From Lytechinus pictus (lineage: Eukaryota): a stretch of DNA of 64,000 bases. The stretch is taken from NCBI RefSeq assembly GCF_037042905.1, contig NC_087251.1:22508001-22572000 (forward strand), read 5' to 3'. Every line of letters begins with the position of its first letter. Positions within the stretch are counted from its first letter, which is position 1. A program made the translations under genes and the position numbers. Positions 26,833 through 38,704 of the stretch are shown in pieces. A model generated the notes under the pieces. The model had not been told where the DNA came from. It worked only from the letters and a program-made list of their open reading frames with translations, and did no database searches.

Positions 26833-28629
26833 TAGGAAAAATGAGGAAGACTTAGGAATGTGCTTTAGGTATAGGTGGACCGTGGAGGCTTTTTGATTTC
26901 TTAATGTGGGACTTAATTTATTTCATTTATATGCATATGGAAAACAAATCGTGAGAAGATTAGGGAGGATTATGACCAAGAACAAAGGAATACAAGAGAA
27001 TTCAAGATCAGAACAACAAGCAAGAAACGAAAAAAAAACACCCACATCTTCTCTTTCTCTCCTTACACACCCCCGCTCTCGCACCCCCAAATCTTTCTAA
27101 AACAATTTCCTATTCTAACACATTCCATGATTCTCCATAATATGTACAAAAATATTTTTAAAACTCAATATCGAGACAAAACAACTAGAGCGAAAGAAAA
27201 AAACAGTACCATGATTCATCGAGTTATATTAGGGGAGTCAGATGCAATAATAATGAATTAATCTCATGCATGATACAAACAATTTTATCTTACTTTTACG
27301 GACTGTAATGTGCATTCTATTAAAATCAGATTATCATCAAAATGATTTATGATGGTTAAAGTATTGTAAAATTATGGTGTCGAACATTCTGATTCCTTAA
27401 AAAGTAACAAGGATATAAAAAATGCAAAGAAGGCACAAAATTTCAAACATAAATTATTTATGAATTAGACAAAAAAAAAGGAAATCAATTGAACGCCTAC
27501 CGATATTGTATGACTTTGTTGGTCATTATGATGAAGGATTTTTTTTAAATTATTCATACAAGTATATGAGTGTGTAAGATGTTTGGGGACTGTAGTTGTA
27601 TCATGGTGTATTGTAATTCACCCTTCGTGATATTATTTTTAGATACTTAATTTATTTCATTATAATTTTTAATAAAAGAAAAGCTCTGTTATGAAATTGT
27701 ATTTCAAGATTGCATGAATTCATACCTCATTCCTTAAGTATTGGAAGATGAGGCAAATGTGTGATGATTGTAAAATGAACTGGAGAAATTGGCTGAGATT
27801 CAAGGTGAAAGTCAAGAAATATGTAACGGAGTACAAGACCATCCTGGTTAGGTGTACCTCCGGAAAGGATGAAACAAAGTCGCAATTTATATACTGCCTA
27901 TATACCTCCCAAGAGAAAAATGTGTAAAAAGAAATCTTCCTTTACGTAAAGTAAAATAAGGAAGACAACAATTCGACCATGTCTCGGTCTCGGCCATGTA
28001 TTCACGGATTTTCATCCGCCATCGATTATGAAATACATCGCCTGAAGATCGATTTCAAGTACGCCGGAATACAGAACGACGGTGTTTTGATTTACTCGCG
28101 TCGAATTCCGTCGCGCACTGTTTTCCCGCCAATCCAGCTTATATCACGTGATTAAATTTCCGGGATTTGAATTGATCGCGCTCAATCAGACAAGCTGCTC
28201 GGGGAAGTCTCCTTTTTATCCTTCATACGTTCTCAACTCGAACATATCTTAAACCAAAGCCGTTTGGTTCCCTCCTGTGGCAATGAAATAAATCAGCCCT
28301 TTCGAATCCTTTTCCGTATCGTGTTATTTGTGATAGCAAATCTGGGCCACGGTTGAAAACCAATCGGGAAATCAAAGTGTTTATAAGGGAGGATGCTTAA
28401 AACAACAAAACAGACAGTTTGACGCCGGTTTACGGAGGTACAACTGAAAGTTCGATCGCCATTCATATGCTGCAATCTCTGGTAGATATGGACATACCTT
28501 CTGAAAATAGTTTGCTGTCGACAATGAAATTTAAGAAAACCGATTTCACTTTTATCATTTTTAAATATATTTTTCTATCCTCACATTATCATTTTTGTTA
28601 AAACTTTCCTATTCTAAAGCTAAAATCTA

Positions 28630-28925
28630 CACTGTTAAAAAAACCTGATTTTACAGAAAATTTTTTTTTGCAGAAAGCAATAACATAATCATTCTGTCAA
28701 TTCATAAAACAGAATTTTTCTGCAATTTAACAAAACAGGTCTGTTTAAAAAGGGGAAAAAGGTTGTTTATTAAAGGAAATTTGTAAGGTTCCATACACCA
28801 AATACCAATTTCCTGTAATTGTACATGATATAATGTAAGATTACGCAATCTGGTAAGATTACAGGTTGTCTCGAGACTCTGCTGCAGGAACTTCTTTTAT
28901 TTTAAGGATACATTTTATAACAGTG
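28630..28925. mobile_element. EnSpm/CACTA-like MITE
   Basis: TA | CACTGTTA ... TAACAGTG | TA; CAC..GTG termini with a 2-bp TSD as in animal EnSpm elements. Confidence 0.72.
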
Positions 28926-31720
28926 TAGTTACCCTATGCTACCTTCTTTGTTTAAGATGTTTTGGGGCATATGCCTTTTATTTTTGTTTTACGAAATACA
29001 TACCAGGTCATTGGAAGTTTGAAAATTAACATAAATATTTTTACTATGAACTGAATGGAAAATAAATCTAACAGTATAACAAAGGGTAATAACTTATTAC
29101 GGTATAGACGCAAGAGCACAGTTAAAGCCAGGGTTGTCAGTAACTCTGGACACGACCTGCAGTAACGCAACTTCTGTACCAACGATTAAAATATTGAATT
29201 TGTACACCAGCTCGAATGACTCGACTGAAGAGTATAGGGGGGGGGGGGGAAATACTTCACACGGTGCGGCCATGTTTTTAATGGCCGTACATCGCTAAGG
29301 TCGTTAGATCGCAACTTTTATGTGGATAACCATATTAATGTTCCTACCTGTTTTACTCGGTTGGCCTTGGGATAAGTTTGAGGCTGTGGCATCGAGCAAA
29401 AAGCTACATGTAGATAATGTGCCCTGGGTGAAAACGGAAGTATCAACTCACAAACTTATACTTCTTGAAATAATACAGGTGGTAGTCACGTTTTAATATT
29501 CAATTATAAAAGACTACCTGTCTCCTATCCCCGGGGACCAGGGTAGTTTTTAACCTATGTATTATTCCTGTTGTATTGGGTCGGAATCAGTTATAGGTTT
29601 TCCACGTGTTGAAGACGAGCCCCGCAAGAATTCATTACCAGAAGTTCAAGAAAATTCTGATCATTAAAATGCGGGTTATCAAAAAGAGAGATCATTCCAT
29701 TACACTATCTACCCTACGGCAATAAAGTCACCTATAGTAGTGGAAAACCTGTCACGTTTCTTTTTTTTTTCCTGATCACTTTCCCTTATTTGAGTCTTTA
29801 TATTTTTGAGGCTTTCTTTTATTTCCAACATTCTGCAACATTTTTTTCTTATGGCTGCATGATGGATTTCTTCTTCTGAAAAGCGCGAGCAAAAGTTGTC
29901 ATTAACATTTGAAAGGGATTAGGTAGCATGGGAGTAAATGATAGTCTATGGACATATGTTTTTATACAGAATTGTAATCATGCATTTACTTTGAGATTTA
30001 AGTAATATTTTATATAACTCCTGACTTCCTTTTAATGACACGGATGATCAACGTTTATGCCCTTTCTCGGTACCATTTTCTTTTGCAAAGGATTTCTCCC
30101 TTCCAGTTGTCATGCGTTTTTAAGCACCCAGTGGGAGTGATTTCTTGTCGTCGGTTAGATAATGTGTGCTAGTTTCCTGATACTTTTATCAGTGGTAGGA
30201 TTACTGTGAGTATCTACTGTTTTGTGAAGATGAAATCATCTATCATCTATCATTTAGACTTGTCTAATACTAATAATACCAAGAAAACGAGTACTTCTTT
30301 CCCTAGTCTTTGAGTAGCGTTTTCATGTACATTAATGTTCTATTTTACTATTCTGTTTACCATAGATCTGATTGTGTAGTATATTTTATTTCTCATTTGA
30401 TTAGGAAAATAAGTTTATGAAATTGTGTGATACCATTTGAGCAGGCTTTAAACTGAACATGCTAAAAGCATAAAGAAAGTTATAATGTATCAAAATATGA
30501 GAATGACATACTTTTGTAAATGCAATAGGTTGGAAAACATTGTTATGTGTGCATGTGTATTAAAGTGGGCGTGGTTTTGTGCTTATATGATATTGTTTTC
30601 CTGCACACCCATATTACATGAAATGTATTAGAATATAATCCACAACATATAGTGGTATGATTGATCATGAGCAATAATGAGGTAAAAAGTGTATTTGAAT
30701 ATCAACTATATAGGAGCGTTCTACATTTTTGGGGGGTTTGGTGGTGGTCCGGGAGCTCCGACTAAAAAGAGAAGTGGTCGACGGTCCAGGGGAGGGGAAA
30801 ATGCTATTTATGCCAACTACTAAATATTATTCTGTATTCATTTCCATAATATTCGTGCAGCTGTTTGTTTCCGAAACCACTATTACTTTTGTTAGTACGA
30901 GCGAGCGCAATGACCGAGGAAAAATACTTTCTCATATCATAATTGTGTTAGTTGAGAGACTATGTCATAAATAATTAAGGCCCTATAGTTCTCACTTTCG
31001 CTAACCCGCGGCTATTATCACTCTTACTCTTGTGCAATTTGTTTTCAAAAATGTCAAGTTAACTGAATCTTCAGAGACAAGATGATTTTTGTTTAACGTC
31101 CTTATGATTCTGAGTGTTTGTTCAGATCCTCCAAATGACGGAAGACTTATCTCAACTGATTTTAGCATCCTTGACCCACCACCTTACACTGCTCAGCAAA
31201 TGATGCTTGAATTGTCGGGGTAATTTGTTTATCCCCGACCTCAATAATATTGACTCTTCTTGTCCCCGTTCTTCCTCAACTATAGCATTGTCAACATCGA
31301 CTGAAGACCACTATCCTCTTACATGGTCACATGAATGAGTTCCTTATTATTTGGCTTGTCACTTACAATGCCGTGAAGCATTTCCAATCTCTCCCTCCAT
31401 TCTGTGGCGTCACTTCCTCTATGCGGAATATGATGAAAACTTACCTGACGCCGCCAAGTGCTTGCTAGGCCTACCATGTGACCTGAAACCCGGGCTCTGA
31501 TTGATGGATTGTCATCGCAAAGAGCTATGCCGTATGCCTTCTGCGTCGGGACTCGTGTTTAATCTATATGGAATTCCTAGTTTATGATTCCTTGAATTAA
31601 ACCATGTTTCCCAGAAGTGGGCTGCATGGAGCGTTGGTGGAATATTAGTGTTAGTTGATATTATGGAGTAATACTTTTTTTTCATTTCATTTATTTCCCC
31701 TTCAAGATAAAAACATTTCA

Positions 31721-31723
<3 letters not shown>

Positions 31724-31765
<42 letters not shown>

Positions 31766-31797
31766 TGTATATATATATATATTTATATATATATATA
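31724..31797. repeat. (TA)n microsatellite, slightly interrupted
   Basis: Direct reading; abuts the Tc1-like element at 31798. Confidence 0.95.
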
Positions 31798-32782
31798 CAG
31801 TGCGTATCAAAAAAAGTTTACACTTAGAAAACATTCTCTAAAATTATACATTTGTAATAGCGTGAAAATTTTTCCACATTTTAACATTATACAGATCCAT
31901 TTAAGCAAATGACGACATAACTGTCGAAAAATATTTCCGCTTGAGTGAGCACCACTTACTTTTGAAAAGTTAGTGAAAAATGATTTGCGCAGAACTTTGA
32001 AATAGTTATGCGAATAAAAGTAGACCTTAATCATAAAGAACATGTGGAATTTAGCTCGTAAAATTTATTTGAAGATATATTTCACCTTTTTTAACTTGTC
32101 TCCTTGCCCAAAACACTTCGAAGAGTGCATTGCGCCCCACCCGACTCCCCCACACACCGAGGCCATCGTGACGATATTTGCTTTACACTGAGCTGTGATT
32201 TACATGAAATGGCTTAGGCTTGATTTTCATTTTGTTAATCATTGTCAAGCTTGGGAAAGGTGTGGAGAAACAAGTATTAAATGAAATGTAAACCCACTTT
32301 TAATTATAAAAACTGAGTGAAAAAATGCTGGAGATGTCTGATATAAACTTTTGTTCAGATTCAGTTATGTCTTCAGATCCAGCTGGCACAAAAAAGGTAA
32401 AGATTGTGCTTACTAATACTAAGTGTTGAAATTTCAATTTGGGTGGCAAAATTGTTACAAAATGCTTGAATGTATCCGTTTTATTTCAATTGACTAAAAG
32501 TGCAAGGGAAATGTATGAGAAATGTTTCGCAGGGTAAGTTTGATTTCGCCCTTTCCCCTTGACACAGCGTGAAAATGAGCATTTCTGCGCAAACAGATTT
32601 CTGCAGGCTTTACAAAAATGGACAGTGCTCACTCAAGTGTAACATTCTGTCAAAACAATGACTTCCATTGGATAGATGAGACCCAAACCCAAGATTATAT
32701 GTGAAAAAATTACCCACATGTTGTTTATTTTTTTAGTTCCCAGGGCTTTTTCAAAGTGTAAACTTTTTTTTGATACGCACTG
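31798..32782 (-). mobile_element. Tc1/mariner-like non-autonomous element (~985 bp), copy 2, inverted relative to 24643-25625
   Basis: TA | CAGTGCGTATCAAAAAAAGTTTACACTT ... AAGTGTAAACTTTTTTTTGATACGCACTG | TA; interior matches the reverse complement of copy 1. Confidence 0.88.
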
Positions 32783-33787
32783 TATATCAAAAAAAAAATA
32801 ATACAAATCTATTGGTGGGAGGATCATAGAAAGCACATGAATTGCTTGTTTAAAATGATCCTCAAAAACTAAATATACATTAAAATGGAAATATGATTAA
32901 AATATACAAAATATATGATAAAAAATAGAAGATTGCATTATTGAGATACGATTAAAAGAAGGGTGGATATTATGAGCATTTCAAGTGTTATATACGACGA
33001 GTGGTTTCAATTATGAATAAGAAAATATGAAATACGACGATTTAGAAATAAAAACTGGGTAAGAATGAAGTTATAAAATTCCCTATCATCCCTATAAAAA
33101 GCTGGTCTTCCATCACTTGTCATTCTCAAAAGATAGTGGATCGAAACTTAATCCTTTTGGGCGAAACTGTACCTTTGATTAATTCGTACTGTCTTTCCTT
33201 CACGGTTTAATATAATTAAATCTACAATTCTACCTTTATGAAATGGATACTTAAGAAAATATATACTAAAAGGTATTCTAATACCGGAAGATGAATACTT
33301 CAATCTAAATAATTCTTATATTTTTGAAAATTTTATATTATCGATTCATCTTTCACAATTATAGAGGAATTGAACTTGTCTGTATTAATATACTAATTTC
33401 AAACAATTTAAACGTAAGTGTTTTATATTTCTTTCTATGTTTATTTTTTCACAATTTGTTGGAACTGTCCTCCTTTGGAAGTGAACTTATAAGTTTAGAA
33501 AATACTATCAAATGTGGCACCATTTCTATGTCACGGAAATTGAATATTTGAAAGAGTTTTCAGGGTTTTCTTTCAGTGTAATTCCAGTCATGTTATATTT
33601 CAGAAATCATATAATAAACACCTTTTTAATCAATGCGCTTTCTTTCTTGACGTGCTGCTGTATTATAATTTTATTCTGAATCACGCAGTGTGATTCCTGC
33701 ATGAAATTATGATTCTTAAAATATCATCTTCTACATCTGTTTCTTTCGTAACAATTCATATTTATGAGAAAATCAATAAATAAATGA

Positions 33788-33899
<112 letters not shown>

Positions 33900-34050
33900 A
33901 TGTGTAAAGTTATACATGTACAACAGCTTTGGCAACTCTTTTATTTAAATATTGTAAAGAAATGGATGAAGAGAACAATGGTAGGCGTAGCTTAAATCAA
34001 GGTTCCCCAGAGCTATCTACCCTTTGGAAAAATTGGTGATGCCGAAAAAA

Positions 34051-34122
34051 TGTCTCTGCCGGGAATCGAACCCGGGCCCCCAGCTTTGAACGCCGGTGCC
34101 TTAACCACTAGACCACAGAGAC
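34051..34122 (-). tRNA. tRNA-like gene, 72 nt, anticodon TCA (repeat-borne; copy A)
   Basis: Reverse complement reads GTCTCTG TG GTCT-AGTGGTTA-AGGC A CCGGC-GTTCAAA-GCTGG GGGC CCGGG-TTCGATT-CCCGG CAGAGAC A, then a T6 terminator. Confidence 0.6.
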
Positions 34123-34457
34123 GGGTTAGTGGCTAGGGCGACCCCGATCCGATTGACCGTCAGATAGACAGATTTTCGACACTATACCAATTATAATTTC
34201 CTTTGTCGGGTGAAGGTGGGTTTCGAACAATGACAAGCCGCCATGCTTCAGCTGGATCAAAGCTATTGCTTTGATGCAGTACACGTATGGGAGAAAGTAT
34301 ACAAATGTGTAAAGTTATACATGTACAACAGCTTTGGCAACTCTTTTATTTAAATATTGTAAAGAAATGGATGAAGAGAACAATGGTAGGCGTAGCTTAG
34401 ATCAAGGTTCCCCAGAGCTATCTACCCTTTGGAAAAATTGGTGATGCCGAAAAAAAA

Positions 34458-34529
34458 TGTCTCTGTCGGGAATCTAACCCGGGCCCCCAGCTTTGAACGC
34501 CGGTGCCTTAACCACTAGACCACAGAGAC
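34458..34529 (-). pseudogene. tRNA-like copy B (anticodon TCA) with two substitutions in the T arm/B box
   Basis: Same as copy A except plus strand CTCTGTCGGGAATCTAACC instead of CTCTGCCGGGAATCGAACC, so the B box GTTCGA becomes GTTAGA. Confidence 0.6.
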
Positions 34530-34907
34530 GGGTTAGTGGCTAGGGCGACCCTAGTTCGATTCCCGGCAGAGACATTTTTTCGGCATCACCAATTTTTCCA
34601 AAGGGTAGATAGCTCTGGGGAACCTTGATCTAAGCTACGCCTACCATTGTTCTCTTCATCCATTTCTTTACAATATTTAAATAAAAGAGTTGCCAAAGCT
34701 GTTGTACATGTATAACTTTACATATTTGTATACTTTCTCCCATACGTGTACTGTATCAAAGCAATAGCTTTGATCCAGCTGAAGCATGGCGGCTTGTCAT
34801 TGTTCGAAACCCACTTTCACCCGACAAAGGAAATTATAATTGGTATAGTGTCGAAAATCTGTCTATCTGACGGTCAATCGGATCGGGGTCTCCCTAGCCA
34901 CTAACCC

Positions 34908-34979
34908 GTCTCTGTGGTCTAGTGGTTAAGGCACCGGCGTTCAAAGCTGGGGGCCCGGGTTCGATTCCCGGCAGAGACA
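34908..34979 (+). tRNA. tRNA-like gene, 72 nt, anticodon TCA (repeat-borne; copy C)
   Basis: All four stems pair (7/4/5/5, with G-U pairs); A box TGGTCTAGTGG, B box GGTTCGATTCC; followed by TTTTTT. Confidence 0.6.
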
Positions 34980-35110
34980 TTTTTTCGACATCACCAATTT
35001 TTCCAAAGGGTAGATAGCTCTGGGGAACCTTGATTTAAGCTACGCCTACCATTGTTCTCTTCATACATTTCTTTACAATATATATATACATATATATATA
35101 TATACATAAT

Positions 35111-35385
35111 ATGCCTGGTCCCACTGACCGACGGATACAAAACGTAAAGGATACGGCGGACGAGCAAAATTTAGGGGTGGCTCCATACGTTTTCATAAGC
35201 TCCATAAATGGACAAACTTGGGGGAAAATGGAAATCACTGTGGACGGATGCTTGATGGATACAGAGCGTAAGAAACACGTATGCAAATAGTACACACGGA
35301 TGCATAAAGTTTTCCAACGGATGGCAAGATTTTTTTTTACGCTTTACATCCGCTTTGCATCCGTAAGTGCAGTGGGACCAGGCCT
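35111..35385. mobile_element. PIF/Harbinger-like MITE with ACGGAT subrepeats
   Basis: GCCTGGTCCCACTG ... CAGTGGGACCAGGC terminal inverted repeats; TSD not clean. Confidence 0.7.
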
Positions 35386-38121
35386 TTAGCTTTAGTTAGG
35401 TATTCAGTTGAACATATCCAAATTTATCTTTCGAGACAAAGGGGATCTCTGGAAACTTGGGATGGAATCTTCAGAGTGCTTTCGGGCTCACGAGTGATAT
35501 GAATAAAAATCTCGAGCAACACGTGGCATAGGGGATTAGCTACCAACTTTTTTAGAAGAATTGTCCCAGTTTAGTTTAAGGACTTATCTAACCACAATGA
35601 CACCTGAACGTTGGCGGATATTTCTCACTCTTAGGAAAACTCCAGAAATCCAAACCAAAGATTTATGCGACACAAGTCATCAAAACGTTATTCTTCTTTT
35701 TTAAAGAAGGAGTGGTTCTGGACATCCTAGGTGAAGCTGGGGTCACGACACTGATGCTGGTTGGGGGTTTATAGATACTCCCTTATTGTCATTACAGATC
35801 GGTTAGTTTTACTGGTATCTAGATTAGATATGAAGTAACTCAGCATGAGTTTATGTTTTGTTTTTCATTATGGTATGTACATGTAGGGTAAATAAAGATA
35901 TTTTAAACTTAGCATAAATGAATGGAAATATATTTTTCTTATAGCTCATGGCGGAGAGAAATTGAAATATGATTAACGCGTAATACTTTTTTTTTGCAAT
36001 GATGCACGACTCTTGCACCAGTGATATCATTTACATCAGAGACGCATAAGACTACTGATGTGGGATAAAATGGCGGTATAACAGCATGCTAAGGGAGTTT
36101 ATCAAAATGGTATGCTAGATTAAGGGAAGGGTGTGTTGTTGTTCCAGGACCTGATACACCAAATATATTTTTATATTATAGATTACACTGTTAAAACCAA
36201 TTGAAACTATTTGTTGTTGATTTGAATTAATTTTTAGGCAAAATATTTGCTACTGTTACAAGTTGCTAATGTGTTATTTGTGACGACTCAGGATACTGGA
36301 AATACAACCATGCACATCAGAAACATGTCAATTGGCCCCATACGTGCATTCGCATTTGCACATCGATGTTAAACGTGAAGTATCATGCAAAAGAGGTTCG
36401 GTATTCAATAAGGATAATGGCATCGCAGGCCCGTAAAGATACCTCTTTAGTATTTTCGAATCATCTTCAAAATAACCGCAAAACCACGAACTGAACGCGA
36501 TGTCCCGCAGAGAGGCTTATGATGAGGCGCCGATATATTTATCTGAATACCGGAATGAATATTATCTGTGTGTGGTGTAGGATTGATTTTAGAAAATAAT
36601 ACTGTATTAAGTACCACTCTCACTGGAATTATTTATAGAAACCGAAATGAATAGTGAATAATCAACTTAGTTATGTCTGTTCAGATATTAAGTATGAAGA
36701 GAATCATAATTCATCAAACCATGGGACAGATTTTGGCTTCCATAAAAAGTGGAATGCAAAAAGTAGATACTCGATTTTGAGATCTAACAATTTGTCTTGC
36801 AAGCTAAGATGTTTGGTTCCCAAGGTAGTACCTGGACGTAGCATGTTGTGAGATGTTTGATTATTCCATAGTCAAATCAATAAAACTGAATCCTAACCGA
36901 CTGCTGGTATGTTATTTGGAAATAGCGTCAAAGCTTTGGTCGGCCAGTAGGTTCACCAGTGTTACCGTGCATGCAGTATACAGTTTGCCCATAATTACAC
37001 TGATCAAGTCAGTGACGTTCGTTTGAATCGGACAAACCATCTCGAATTCATAATAGAGTATACATAGAAATGGCAAAGACAACAAAACTTAAGTTAGCAA
37101 AGTTCATTCATATTAAACTCACTTTTCCCTGACCAAAAATAGCTTATCAAGCTTGCTTACACGGAAACGATGGCTTGTTCGTAGCGGACGAGATATTTGT
37201 CATTGCAGCTCGAGAATGAGTTGAAACTCATTCGATCTATCTGCCACTTTCCCTTTCAAATCAGTTCTTTGATTCGATTTATTAGGGCTCGTTTGCAGTA
37301 AGACGGAATTCAATTTCTCACGACCCATCAAGTGATTCCAGAGGACACATGGAGTGGGACCAAAATTCAAGATTGCTCTTGGTTTTTTTTCTCTTTGTAT
37401 TTCACTCTATACAATCACAAAGTTGACGTTAACCGCACTCTCTTCAAATTGAGAGGTTCAGTTTTAAGCACATTGTTCATTTTCATTAGTGTCGTTTAGA
37501 TAAGTCATATTGTGTAACTTCTGAGGCAACAAACTAATTCACATAGACATACATTTGAAAGAATCCTTCACCTTTCCCCCAAAAAAACCGTAGAAACATT
37601 GAACAATCATGATATAGATCGCATTTTGGATTTAATGGTCTTTTATACAATACGGTTTTCAAGGCTTGATAAAACTGGATGAGTAGAATTGAGTGATATT
37701 ATGGAGACAACTGGTGCCAGCTTTTGCTATTTAAAGCACATCAAAGTATAAAATAAAGATATGATGTTTCAGGTAGAAGGGATAGAAGGAGAGATTTATA
37801 CGAGAAAAAAGGAGAGATGAAGATTGAATATGGATACAAACAATACGACAGGTCTTTGAAAGTCTTATATGGAGAAAGAATGAGAGTGAGGGTTTCGTAG
37901 AAAATTGGTCTCTGCGGGAAATAAGTCACTCTGGTGTCAACAGCGTTCCGAAACTGTTTAACAAACTCATTATTTCCCGTTACTTTGCTATATACTGTTC
38001 TCTGATAATGGAGATTAATGGTTTTAATCCTATCATTTCACCCTCATTCGTAACCTGATTGTATTTAGGTCAAGTCAGGGATGAAGAATTAATGAAGGTC
38101 TGTTTTGGATAGAGTTCTTAA

Positions 38122-38704
38122 AGGAGAATGAAACCCTTGAAACTAGCTGAATCCATATCAAAGAGAAAAATCAAAGAAACATATTGTTGAAAGTTTGAGG
38201 AAGATTGAATGAATAATAAGAAAGTTATGAGCATTTGAATATTGAGATCACTAGTGCCATGTAGATCCTCTCATCGGCAATGCGACCAAGATCTGTGATA
38301 TCACACACGTACAACTCCCTCATTACTTTAGTACTTATTTCACTTTTATTCTCACTTTTATAGAGTCTATCACAAGGTTAGGTGTTTTCTTTATGAGTTG
38401 ACAAGTACAGAGGTTTCACAACATTATATCATTGATGAATCGTTTGTCATATGATTAGAATGAGCAAAAAGAGATGTTTTGGGGTATATTTTCAGTGTCC
38501 GAATGGGAGAGTTGTACGTGTGTGACATCACAGATCTTGGTCGCATTGCCGATGGGAGGATCTACATGGCACTAGTGATCTCAATATTCAAATGCTCATT
38601 ACTCTTTTATTGCTAGTCCTATTTTACTCAAAGTTTTGTTGATCTTATTCTTTGATTTTTCTGCTTTCACAAAAGCTAACTTGCTCCAAGAGTTTCATTC
38701 TCCT
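38122..38704. mobile_element. Non-autonomous Kolobok-like element (family C) with ~90-bp internal inverted repeat
   Basis: TTAA | AGGAGAATGAAAC ... GTTTCATTCTCCT | TTAA; about 38228-38318 and 38509-38599 are near-perfect reverse complements. Confidence 0.88.

Noticed and set aside
34908..34979. Calling the TCA-anticodon gene tRNA-Sec
   Set aside because: It is 72 nt with a 4-nt variable loop and a 7/5 fold; tRNA-Sec has a long variable arm and an extended acceptor stem.
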